A stretch of 64,000 bases of DNA from an uncultured Verrucomicrobiae bacterium (GTDB lineage: Bacteria > Verrucomicrobiota > Verrucomicrobiia > Palsa-1439). The stretch is from contig CAWEWF010000014.1 of the NCBI GenBank assembly GCA_963812605.1, positions 192,001 to 256,000 of the forward strand, read 5' to 3'. The translations under genes were made by a program, and so were the position numbers. Of the stretch, positions 50,695-61,513 are shown piece by piece (the stretch's first letter is position 1; each line of letters starts with the position of its first letter). Under the pieces are notes generated by a model. The model worked only from the letters and a program-made list of their open reading frames with translations. It was not told the DNA's origin and did not search any database.

Positions 50695-52095
50695 ATGGAC
50701 GCGTTGACCCTTAAGGAATTGCGCGCGATCCCGCTCTTCGCCAGTTTATCGGGGGCGCAAGCGGGTTGCTTCGAGGCGGGGGAGATTGTCGAGGTTGAAG
50801 CCGGCAAGATCCTGGCGACGGAAGGCGAACTACTCGAATCCTTCTACGTGTTGCTGGAAGGCGAAATGCGCGCGAGCAGGAACTACAGCAACCAGGCGGT
50901 GCTGATGGGGGTCCTGAAGCCGGGAATGTTCATGGGTGAAATATCCCTCCTGCTCGACAGTCCCAATCTTGCGACCGTGCGGTCCTTGAAGCCCTGTCGG
51001 TTGTTTCGGCTGGGCAAGAATGAATTCTGGCAGATGTTGAGCACGTGCCCGTCGGTCGCGAGCGAGGTCTTCCGCACGATGGCGACCCGTGTGAAGAACA
51101 TGGAAGGTTATTCCCAGCAACGCGAGAAGCTTGCGTCGCTGGGCACGATGGCCGCCGGTCTCGCCCATGAGTTGAACAATCCCGCGACGGCGGCGCGCCG
51201 GGCCTCGGCCAATTTGCGGGAAGTCGTCGAAAATCTCCAATCGTTCGCGTGCGAACTCCATGAACTATTCCCGCCGGAACAATGGCCGCACCTCATTGAT
51301 GTTTCGCAGAGCGCCCTCGCGCGAGTTGGCAAATCCGAGCCGCTGGATTCGGTCACCCGCAGCGACCGCGAAGAAGAGGTCGCCACCTGGCTGGAGCAGC
51401 ACGGTGTGGCCGATGGGTGGAAACTTTCATCCGCATTTGTGGGCGTCGGTTTGGACACGAAGCAATTGGCGGCGCTGGCCGCGAAGCTTCCGGCCGGGGC
51501 CCTCCCGCCTGCGCTTGGTTGGCTGGAAGCCAGCCTGTCGTTGAACTCGTTGTTGAACGAAATCGACGGGAGCACGACGCGGATCGCCGAGCTGGTCAAA
51601 GCCGTCAAATCCTATTCCTACATGGACCAGACGCCGATGCAGGAAATCGACGTGCACGAGGGAATCGAGAACACATTGATTATGCTCGGGCACAAGCTCA
51701 AGAACGTAACGGTCACGCGCAAATACGACCGCGCGATTCCGCGCATCCTGGCTTACGGCGGCGAACTCAACCAGGTGTGGACCAATCTGCTCGACAACGC
51801 CATTGACGCGGTCAAAGGGACGGGAAAAATCTGTGTCGCCACCTTCCTGGACGACGACCAGTTGGTGGTGGAGATTGCCGACAATGGCAGCGGCATTCCT
51901 CCCGACGTGCAATCGCACATTTTCGAGCCGTTCTACACCACCAAGGGCGTCGGGTCGGGAACAGGCCTGGGACTGGTAATCAGCAATCGCATCGTGGCGA
52001 ACCGGCACGGCGGTGAAATCGAATTCGAATCCGGGCCGGGCGACACTCGCTTCAAAGTGCGTTTGCCAATCAAGCACGCCCCGCAATCGAGCTAA
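50695..52095 (+). CDS. Cyclic-nucleotide-binding-domain histidine kinase
   Basis: cNMP-like N-terminus (MGEISLL); AHELNNP, NLLDNA, DNGSG, FYTTK, GTGLGL. Confidence 0.92.
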   Translation: MDALTLKELRAIPLFASLSGAQAGCFEAGEIVEVEAGKILATEGELLESFYVLLEGEMRASRNYSNQAVLMGVLKPGMFMGEISLLLDSPNLATVRSLKPCRLFRLGKNEFWQMLSTCPSVASEVFRTMATRVKNMEGYSQQREKLASLGTMAAGLAHELNNPATAARRASANLREVVENLQSFACELHELFPPEQWPHLIDVSQSALARVGKSEPLDSVTRSDREEEVATWLEQHGVADGWKLSSAFVGVGLDTKQLAALAAKLPAGALPPALGWLEASLSLNSLLNEIDGSTTRIAELVKAVKSYSYMDQTPMQEIDVHEGIENTLIMLGHKLKNVTVTRKYDRAIPRILAYGGELNQVWTNLLDNAIDAVKGTGKICVATFLDDDQLVVEIADNGSGIPPDVQSHIFEPFYTTKGVGSGTGLGLVISNRIVANRHGGEIEFESGPGDTRFKVRLPIKHAPQSS

Positions 52096-52136
52096 TGGCG
52101 GCGCCGAAAGGTTTACACCGACTCGCTTCGCATTGT

Positions 52137-52430
52137 TCAGTTGTTTGAGCCGCTCTCCAACTCTTGGGAAATTGGGAGGTATTTCTCACCCTGAGTTTCC
52201 TGACGAATAGACCGGCAATCATCGCAGAGACGTATTGTAGCGATGGTGTGTTGGTCAAACTTCGCATTCGCGACTTCGTAGTCATGGGCTGGGTTGTCTC
52301 CACAGACCGAACAGACTTCCGCGGTTCCGGCAAGTTCGATAACCTGCTTGGTCAGCGCGACCTGTTGTGGATTTATCTTCGCAAGCGCGACGAACCATTC
52401 GTTTGAATGTGGTGTGAAATATTTAGCCAT
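52137..52430 (-). CDS. Small hypothetical protein with two CxxC motifs
   Basis: MAKYFTPHS...CSVC...CDDC. Confidence 0.6.
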   Translation of the reverse strand: MAKYFTPHSNEWFVALAKINPQQVALTKQVIELAGTAEVCSVCGDNPAHDYEVANAKFDQHTIATIRLCDDCRSIRQETQGEKYLPISQELESGSNN

Positions 52431-52455
52431 GTAATTCCTAACTTGAAAACCCGGC

Positions 52456-53430
52456 TCATGCTTTCGCCATTGGAAGAGCCAAGGGCTCGAACTTGGGTTT
52501 TTCGAGTTTGAGCGGGTCCGCACCGTTCAAAACCAGAACAATGTTTTTCTGAATGTGGGAAACGTCATAATGAATTGTCTGATAAACTTCATGTCTTTCC
52601 TTCCAATCGCCAATATGCTGTTTGATCTCCTTCACCAAGTTTCTGTGCGCACGTTCAGTATGTGTGATGGCCTCTTCTAACGCGGTCTTACAAGTTGGGC
52701 TGGTGACATAGTCCATTAGGCGTTTTGCGGCAGCTTCCTTGGCGGCGGCGTCAAGCCGCTGCTTCGCCATTGTGACAAGGCTTTCCCGGCAAATGCGGGC
52801 AAGGGTAAGAACACCGGCCTGAGCAACAATGAATACGCCTGACTCTTGATCTAAACCGGAGAAGCCCTTCCGCGTGCCTGTGGTAACAAGAATGCCGTAG
52901 TCGGCGTGGCGCGTTTTCTTCGCAAGCGCAGTCTGTTGTATATGGTCAGCAGCGATGCGGTCATAGTGCTTACACTCATAGACGAGACAGCCGGCATCTT
53001 CTTCGTTGAATTCCACGAAATGAAGAACATCACCACCCTTGCCCGTATGTCGAATCGTATCGTTGCAGAACTCCTTCTCTAAGCGTCTGACCAGGACATG
53101 CTCGTCGGCCAAACCAATTTCTTGAGGCGTCGTGCCTTTCTCTAACATCTTCAGCTTATCTTGCAATTTTTTAATCTTGGCAACTTGTCCTTTCATAAGG
53201 CGCTCAGAGCGCCCACGCTCCGTAAGCGCCGCTTGCCTTTTGGCATTTTGGACATCCAGTTTTGCCTTCGACTTAGCTTCTGTCACCTTTGCTTTTGCGG
53301 CTGCGGCAAGCTTCCGCAATCTCTCTAACTCGCCCTTTTGGACCCTCTTCTCTTTCTCCTGAATTTTGATGACCTTATGATAATGGTCTTCTGATAAAGG
53401 ACTATTGCAGAGTGGGCATTTGTATTTCAT
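52456..53430 (-). CDS. DUF2130-like protein (Zn knuckle, coiled coil, PD-(D/E)xK-like core)
   Basis: CPLC, coiled coil, GGDVLH...YECK...ADYGILVT. Confidence 0.7.
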   Translation of the reverse strand: MKYKCPLCNSPLSEDHYHKVIKIQEKEKRVQKGELERLRKLAAAAKAKVTEAKSKAKLDVQNAKRQAALTERGRSERLMKGQVAKIKKLQDKLKMLEKGTTPQEIGLADEHVLVRRLEKEFCNDTIRHTGKGGDVLHFVEFNEEDAGCLVYECKHYDRIAADHIQQTALAKKTRHADYGILVTTGTRKGFSGLDQESGVFIVAQAGVLTLARICRESLVTMAKQRLDAAAKEAAAKRLMDYVTSPTCKTALEEAITHTERAHRNLVKEIKQHIGDWKERHEVYQTIHYDVSHIQKNIVLVLNGADPLKLEKPKFEPLALPMAKA

Positions 53431-53602
53431 AGGCGCTCCGACATTGCCAATCTGGGTTGATTCAAAATCTCTTAGTTCCGGTCATGCGACGTGTGCTGGG
53501 ATCAAAATCATCTCTTCAGAGTCGGGTGATTTTACACTCTACAACCCGAATATTTATGGCCTTCGGTGAAACAACTTCCGAAGTAGCGGACCTATTGACG
53601 AA

Positions 53603-55786
53603 TCATCTTTGAATTGTTGCCTTCCAGGTGCCCTGCGCCTGCCCGCCGGGTAGGGTTTCCCAAAACCAGGTAACCGTCCCCTCCACCTTATCCCCGTCAA
53701 TGGAGCCCTCATAGTTGGCCGTCAACCCCGCGCTCACGCCAACCTGGTCGACACGAGTAAGAAGAATCTTGCTCCCGTCGAGCTGTTTGATTTTGATTGT
53801 TGCCTTCGCGCCGCCGTACCAAACAGCGTCGAAATCTTGCGCGGCTTCGTTCCAGGCCCATTGTCCACAATGCGTCCCCTCGCACTCGGCCCAGGTCTTC
53901 ATTACCGAGCTTGCGGCGGTTGACGCTGGGGGTGCGGGTGCGTATGAGCGGGTGTGGGAACAGGAGCGGGAGTGGGAGTGGCGGAAATCTCGGCACGGTT
54001 TGGCTGCCGGGCTTGCTCAAGTTTTTGCAAGGCATCAGTTGCGGCAGCGATGATGTTGCTGATTTTTTGGATCTGATCAGGCTGATCGGTTGCGTATACG
54101 TCCCCGCGGTAAGCTGAAAGTCTGGTTCCCACGGGCGCGTCTTTATCGGCAACAGGCCTGGAGACGATGGACAATTGCCACTGGTTGCCTGTCCGGATCG
54201 CCTGGATTTGGCCGGAATAGGTACACCGATGTCCCTTCGATGTTGACACCTTGAGCAGAAGTTTTCCCTGCAAATCCGCCAACGGGCCGGAGATTCCGGC
54301 CACTTCTCGGAGGTGATTGGCGCCCGGCCCGGAGAGAAGGCCGCGAACCTTGCGGAACACCATCGGGTCCGCGCCTTGTTGCTGCATATACTGATCTGCG
54401 GAAATCGGGGCGTAGTATGGCTCGGTCAATTCCGCGACTGCCGTGAAGCCCAGCAGCACGCTCATGCTGGAAGATGCAGTCGCGGCAGGGGCGGAGCCCG
54501 ACGCGCTTAGCGCGGGTGCGGCCCCGGTTTTTGTGAAAATGACCGTCTCCGGACCAAATGTTTCCGGTCGGGCGCCCTCGTTCGAAGGTTTGGCGTCCAT
54601 TTTGAATTTACCGGCCGAGATTGGCTGGAGAATGCCCTGGAAGGTAATGCCATTGAAATTGGCGTCCTGAAAATCCTTGATATCGATCTGCCAGATTGAG
54701 CCGGCACTGCGAAGTGAATACCTGGCTTGAAGGCCCGACGGATAGGACAGGCGGAAAGTAGGGTCATTCGCAATCCAGGCCACCGAACCATCCCTTTGAA
54801 AAACATAGGTAACCGCAGGTTCCGTCGCCAGCCGTACCGGACCATTGCCCGACCAGATCCAACCCTTGCGAGTCGCCGCCGGATGACGAGACGAGTTTCG
54901 TCGAAACATCGACGAGATGTTGCCCCGACTTTTTCAACTGCTCTTCCAGGACCTGGCGTACCTGGGCTTTGCTCGGTGTTCGGTTCATGTAATTGTAAGC
55001 CCACCAGCCAAGGGCCGAGAGCGCCGCGACGCCGACAGCCCCGGCCAGGGCCAGCTTCGTGTTGCGGCTCATGGGCTGGCGCGGAACATGGGGCTTGGGA
55101 GCCTGGGCCATGACAACATCGGGCGCGGGCGGCGGCGCCCAGGAACCGACGCCAGTGGGCTGCGAAGATGGAGGCGGCGCTGGAGGGGTCCAACCGCCAA
55201 CAACTGCCCCCGGCGGTGGCGGCGGTGGAGGTGGTACAAACACTGGCGTTTGTGGCTGACCCGCGCCTTGCGGTGCGCCGGCCTGTTTGAGTTGGAAGGC
55301 GGAGAGTCCCGTACCGGCCAGCAACGAGAGACAGGTCAGCATGAAACCGGTGACGTACTCAACCGTCAGTATCCCCTGGCCTTGTTTTACGATGTCGGCG
55401 TCAAAGCGGCTCTTGGCCATGAGCATGCAAACGAATCCGGCGGCCCCGGCAATCGCCGGCAGCAATCGGCCGGTCTTGCCGGGAACGAAACACAGCCCAA
55501 GCCCGGCAACGGCGCAGATCAACGTCAGGACAATGGTCGGTTCACTGTCAACTTTCTGTGGTTGCTCCTGTCCCTGGTCCGCGAGGGCCGACAACGCGCC
55601 GCCCAGCGCATTGCCCAACGCGTTATCGGGCTGGATTTTTGTGCCCGTCACCAGTTGGATCCCGGTCAAGGTGACCATCTTGCGGCCACTACAGGATATC
55701 TGGATGAACGGCAAGGCAAAGCAAATGATCGCGATGGCGAACGGGGCCATTCGGATGTAGCGCGTTTTCGTTTCGATAGGATTCAT
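53603..55786 (-). CDS. Large membrane protein: TM bundle, Pro-rich linker, exported domains, C-terminal Trp/Cys beta domain; probably one gene with two frameshifts
   Basis: Three ORFs (54764-55786, 53902-54909, 53603-53902) join by single-base indels near 54820 and 53940. Confidence 0.65.
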
Positions 55787-55840
55787 GTTCGTGGACCTCA
55801 ATTGGGTTGTGGCAAATGACGCTTCGTTTGATCTCCCGCA

Positions 55841-56756
55841 TTAACCAAGCACACCGTTCATATAACTGTTCAGGATTGCCGAACCGACCAGCTTGCAGAG
55901 AAAGCCGGTCACGATCAGGATCGCCCGGCACGGCAATCGTCGCCAGTTGCTCCGTGATCTTTGAGATTCGCACCAGCCCTGTGAACAGCATCAGCACCAG
56001 CAGGCAGAACGCGAACACCCCGAAGAACCCGACGATGTTCATGTTTCCCGCCCCGAGAATGAACTCAAGTAGTGCCATGAATGACAGCGGCAGCGTTGCC
56101 GCCCCGGCAATAAAGCTATCGTGGCCGAACGAGCCTTGTCCGCGCATCGACATCCTGGCCAGGATGGTCGTGCCAAAAAGGCCGGCGAACGGCATGACGG
56201 AAATCAGCAAGGCCTTCATGAAAAAGCTGAAGTCGTGCGGAACTGAGAATCCGCCGATGTTGCTGGTCAGGCGATAAATCGCCAACAGCACGGAGAGCGC
56301 GAACACCGCGCCGAAGGTGAGGCCCACGCCCAAAGCGCGCGTCGGCCCCAGGGTTTCGAACGCCGTGGACAAGCCGCCGACCGGATTGGTGGCGAATATT
56401 TTGAAAGCCGCCAGCGCATCCTGTGACGCGGCCTTGACTTTCTCGGCTGCGGCGGCTGCCTGGTGGCCCCCGGCGCTGGGTGCGCCACAACTCGGACAGA
56501 AGCTTGCGTTGCCCGCCAGCCGCGTCCCACATTTCGGACAGAACTGCGCCGCCGCGGCGGGAGCGCCACTCGGAATGGCAACTGGAGCGCCTGCCGCTGG
56601 TCCGCTGTAGGCTGATAACGGTTGCCATTGACTACCACCCTCGTGGATGACCATCGGGTCAGGCTTTACGACCCCATCTCGAATCAGGGTTTGCAGGGCC
56701 TCGAGTGTGACCGGGCCCGCGGTTTGATTCCTGGCATCGGTGTAGTAATAATTCAT
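55841..56756 (-). CDS. GYF_2 (DUF4339) + zinc ribbon + multi-TM protein, frameshift near 55926
   Basis: AAGGAG RBS; YYY....QTAGP...L..L...G...V..EG..QWQP; FCPKCG..FCPSCG; about 5 TMs. Confidence 0.8.
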
Positions 56757-57047
56757 CGTATCTCCTTGGGTTGGTTGTGCAAGGTGCCTGCCATCCGGGA
56801 CCCTGAAGCTGGGAAAACCGACAGGTCGTCGGCGCGCCAACGTTTCTTTGAAAGGCTCTGTTTCGTATTCACATCTACCTGTACGGTTGGCTGCGAAGTA
56901 TCTTGCAGAGCGACCCGCTTCTCCCGAGCAGCACCTCTTTTACCTTCTTCCCCTCGAACAGGTCAATCATTTCCCATTTGCCTATGGGGCCTTACACAAG
57001 GAGTGACAACGTTTCTGGCAAGGACTACCGCGACGAGAGGTGACGAT

Positions 57048-58346
57048 TTATGGTGTCGCGCCGATCTCGAAGGCCAAAACAGCACGCTGAATTTCGTACT
57101 CGTACTTGGCGCTGGTGTGAGCGATTGCGGCTTCGGTCTTGTTGAGTTGCGCCTGGCTGAGTTCCACGATGGAACTACTGCCCAATTTGTAGCGCGCCTC
57201 GGCGAGGTCGTACGCATGACTGGCGTTGTCGAAAAGCTTTTGAGTCAGGTCGAGCCTTTCCCAGGCGTAATTCACATTCAGACCCGCCGCGCGCACGTCA
57301 TGAATCGCCGTGTTCTCGGCGTCCCGTAGTTTTTCCGCTGCCGCCTGGGCGCGCAACTCAGCTTCCGAGCGCTTTGCGGAATTCAGGCCACCGTCAAAGA
57401 TCGGCAGGCTCAGATTAACACCGGCGGCGGCGTATCGATCGTCAAAATGAGCCGTGTCGCGCACGGGAATAAGACCGCCGCTTCCGAACGCGTTGATGGT
57501 TGGATAGCTTAGGGCTTTTTGCGCCCCGGCGTATTGCGCGGCCGCTTCGCGCTCGAGTCGCAGGCGAGCCAGGTCTGGTCGCCTTGACAACGCCACGTCA
57601 ACCAGGGATGAGGCATCCGTAGGCGCCGTGATCAACATCGGTTCTTCGATTAGCCGATACGCCCGCTTTTCCCGGTCTCCCAGCAGCGTCGAGAGGACGG
57701 CAAACGCCTCTTCCAAATCATTCTGCGCCTTGGCGACCAGCAGGTTGCCCTCTTCGTAGGCCACCTGGGAAAAGCTGAGGTCGAGTTCGGATCGGAGTTT
57801 ATTTGTGGCCAACGCGGCAACCTGATCCAGAAGCAATTTTCGCGTGTCCAGGGTTTGACGGGCGACATCCAGCACGGATTGCGCTTTCAGCGCTGTAAAA
57901 AAGGCCACCTCCACTTGTAGCAGTATTTCCTCACGCGTTGCCTCGGCATTGGCATTTTGTGCGCGTGAATAGAACCGGGAACTATTCAGCAGATGCGCGG
58001 TTCGCCCAAAATCCGTCAACATCTGCGTGACCGTAAGTCCCTCCGCTTCGCGATCAAAAACGGAAGGGTTATTCAAGCTGCCCGCCGCCAGGCGCGTGTT
58101 CCCTTCGAAAGCATCGACCGCCGTGGCGTTCAACGTCACATTCGGCAGGAACCCGGCGCGGACCTGCGTTACCACCTGCTGGGAGGCGAGCGCTTCCAGT
58201 TCGGCCTCGGAAATCCGGGGATGATTGCGAAGCGTGATCTCCTGTGCTTCTTTCAAAGTCAAAGGGTGCGCTTCCTCGGCGCACATTGGGCGAAGACCCA
58301 ACCCGAAGAAGCAGAGCAACGTTAGCCAGACGCAGGCTTTATTCAC
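57048..58346 (-). CDS. TolC family outer membrane efflux protein
   Basis: Signal peptide; LTLKEA, RRPDL, LSLPIFDGG, RYKLG. Confidence 0.92.
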   Translation of the reverse strand: MNKACVWLTLLCFFGLGLRPMCAEEAHPLTLKEAQEITLRNHPRISEAELEALASQQVVTQVRAGFLPNVTLNATAVDAFEGNTRLAAGSLNNPSVFDREAEGLTVTQMLTDFGRTAHLLNSSRFYSRAQNANAEATREEILLQVEVAFFTALKAQSVLDVARQTLDTRKLLLDQVAALATNKLRSELDLSFSQVAYEEGNLLVAKAQNDLEEAFAVLSTLLGDREKRAYRLIEEPMLITAPTDASSLVDVALSRRPDLARLRLEREAAAQYAGAQKALSYPTINAFGSGGLIPVRDTAHFDDRYAAAGVNLSLPIFDGGLNSAKRSEAELRAQAAAEKLRDAENTAIHDVRAAGLNVNYAWERLDLTQKLFDNASHAYDLAEARYKLGSSSIVELSQAQLNKTEAAIAHTSAKYEYEIQRAVLAFEIGATP

Positions 58347-61300
58347 GCCAACTCCCTGTTCGGTGCGACACCGGCAGCTTTCCGTCGATAAACCAGCAGG
58401 TAGGCCGCCGGTACAATGAACACCGTGAGGACAACGGATACGGCAAGACCGCCGATGATCGCCCGGGCCAGCGGCGCGTACGCTTCGCTGCCGGTACCGA
58501 GCTTGGCCGCCATCGGAATCAGGCCGATCAGCGTGGCCAGGGAAGTCATCAACACGGGCCGCAGCCGTACGCGGCAGGCCAGCACCGCTGCTTCCTTGAG
58601 CGGACGGCCCTCGGCGCGCAGACGGTTGGTGAATTCGACAATCAAAATGCTGTTGGACACCACGATACCCACCATCATGATTACGCCCATCAGCGACATC
58701 ACATTCAGCGTGGTGCCGGTGATGAACAGGAAGACAATCACACCGGTCAGGCCGGTGGGCACCGCCAGCAGGATCAAGAGCGGATCCACCCAGGATTGGA
58801 ATTGAGCGACGAGGATCAGGTAGACCAGCAACGTGGACAGAATCAGTCCCAGACCAAAGCTCTGGAACGATGCACGCATGGCCTCCACGGAACCGCGCAC
58901 GGTGACGGTCATGTTTTCCGGCAACCCGATCTGGCCAATGATCTTCTGGACGCCGGCATAGATGCGGCCCAAGTCTTCGCCCGACGGCGCAACATACACG
59001 TCAATGGTGCGTCGTATCTGATAGTGGTCGACTTCGGTGGGACGCGGTGACGTGGGAAATCCGCACCACGGAATCCAGCCGCGTGGGTTGCTTCAAGTTC
59101 GCCGCACGCAGCGGCATCGAACCGAGATCGGCAAGGTTCTTCACGGTGTCCTCTGGATATTCGACAGTCAACAGGTAGTTGTTGCCTGTCTTCGGATCGA
59201 TCCAGTAACTCGGAGCGATCATTCCGTCTGACGTCAGCGCGGTAATGAGGCTGTCCACAACTTCTTTGGCGCTGAGCCCGAGTTCGCTGGCGCGCTCGCG
59301 ATCGATGCTCAGTTTCAGGGCCGGATAATCCACGTCCTGCGGCACGAGCACATCGCTGACCCCGGGCAATCGGCGCACCTGTTGCGCGATCTTGTTGGCG
59401 ATGTCGTGGGCGCCCTTCATGTCCATGCTGCTGACCTGAATATCGAGCGGCGCGGGCATTCCCAGATTCAAGATGGCGTCCACCAGCCCGCCGGTTTGGA
59501 AATAGGCGCTTACCTGTGGCAGGTCGCGTTCCAGACGGGCCCGCACAAGGTTCATGTAGGCAAAGCTGCTGAGGCGATGGCTGTCGTTCAGCCCCACTTG
59601 TACGAACGCGGTGTGGGGACCCGAGTTGGGAGTGAAGATGGCAGAAAAGCCCGGCGTCACGCCGATGTTGGAGACGATGATTTTGAGGTCCTGCCTGGGA
59701 ACAACGTCCCGCACAATGTCCTCGACCTGGCCGACGAGTTTGTCCGTCAGTTCAATCCGCGTTCCGGAGGGCGCCTTGAGGTTGATGACGAATTGGCCGG
59801 GGTCGGTGCGCGGGAAGTAGGCCTTGCCGACAAACGGATAAAGCGCCAGGCTGAGTCACGAAAATGCCGATGATGCCGAGGACGGTCGCCAACGGTCGCA
59901 GCAACGCGATATTCAGAGAACCTTCGTAGCGATCGAGCATTCGGGTGAACCAGCGATTGAACCCGGCATTGAACTTCTGACCCCACGTTTCCGGCTCCGG
60001 CGTGTTCGCCTGTGCCGTCGTGTGCGCGTGCCCCTTGATCAATCTCGCGCAGAACAGCGGCACGACCGTCATCGCCACGAAATACGAGGCGAACAACGAC
60101 AGCACGACCGATAATGCCAGCGCCGTAAACAGAAACCGGCTGACGCCGTAGAGGAACAGCACAGGGAAGAAAACCACGACCGTCGTGAGCGTCGCCGCCA
60201 ATACGGCCAACTCAACTTCTTTGCCGCCTTTTTCCGCGGCGACTTCCGGCGGCTCGCCCATTTCCAAGTGGCGGAAGATATTTTCCAGCACAATCACGGA
60301 GTTATCGATCAGCCGGGAGAAGACCAGTGCCAGACCGCCCAGGATCATCGCGTTGATGGTGTTGCCGCCCAGGGCCAGCGCAATGAACGCGGCCAGCGCG
60401 GACAGCGGAATGGACAAGAACACCGCAGCGGTGGCCCGCATACTGCCGAGGAAGATGAGGATCATCACGCCGGTAAGCACCAGGCCGATGGCGCCCTCGT
60501 GAATCAATGTCTCGATGGCGGTGCGGACGAACACCGATTGGTCAAACACGACCTCGGTGACGAGCCGCTTGGGCACGTCGAGCAATTTGGCGACACGGGA
60601 CCGGACGCCGTCGACCACGGCAATCGTGTTGGCGTCGCCGCCCATCTTCATGACCGGCAGATACACCGAGTGCTGGCTGTTGACGCGGACAATGTTGTAT
60701 TGGATTTGCGAGGCATCTTGGGCTTTGCCGACATCGGCGACCAACACGGATGCGTTCCCGACGGTTTTCAGCGGGACCTGATTGAGGTCCTGCATCGCGT
60801 TGATTTGGCTGTCGGCATAGACGTTGTAATCATACGGCCCGATCTTCACGTCACCCGCCGGCAAGATCAGGTTGGCTTCATTTACCGTCCGGACGACATC
60901 CATCACGCTCAACTGGTGCGCCTCAAGCTTGAGCGGATCCACGTAGACCATGATCTGGCGGTACCGGCCGCCGAAGGCCGGCGGCACGGATGCGCCGGGC
61001 ACGCCGGCCATCTGGTTGCGCACGGTGAACTGGCCGAGGTCCCGCAGTTGGGCCTCGGTCAGTCCCTGGCCCTTCAAGGTGACGAGGCATACCGGCAGGC
61101 TCGAGGCGTCAAACTTCATTACTACCGGCGGCAGCGTACCCGGCGGAAGATAGCGCAGACTGGCCATGGCGAGATTGGCAATGCTGGTGACATCGGAATC
61201 CGGATTGGAGCCAGGTTGAAAATACACCTTGATAAGACTGACACCCGTCAAGGAGCGCGACTCCATATGGTCGATGCCGGAGGCCAGCGTGAACATCCGC

Positions 61301-61497
61301 TCGAACTGGCCGGTGATGTCGTTCTCGATCTGCTCGGGAGCCATCCCGGAATAAAACGTGGCGACGACCACGACGGGAATCCGTATCGCCGGAAACAGAT
61401 CGACGGGCATGCGTCCCACGCTCGTCACGCCTACCACGCAGGTGATCAGGCAGAGTACGATAATCAGATACGGGTATCGGAGTGCAAAACGTGACAT
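58343..61497 (-). CDS. RND efflux permease (AcrB/CzcA superfamily), two frameshifts (~59850, ~59040)
   Basis: MPVDLFP, FLGSMR..IPLS, TINAM, RLRPVLMT, APLARAIIGGL. Confidence 0.92.
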
Positions 61498-61513
61498 GGC
61501 GAGAATTGGTTCC

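Noticed and set aside
56780-56860. c-di-GMP-I riboswitch upstream of the GYF gene
   Set aside because: Only a loose resemblance to the 3' half (AGCTTCAGGGTCCCGGATGGCAG); no GGCAAAC/GAAA-tetraloop stem. An Infernal search would settle it
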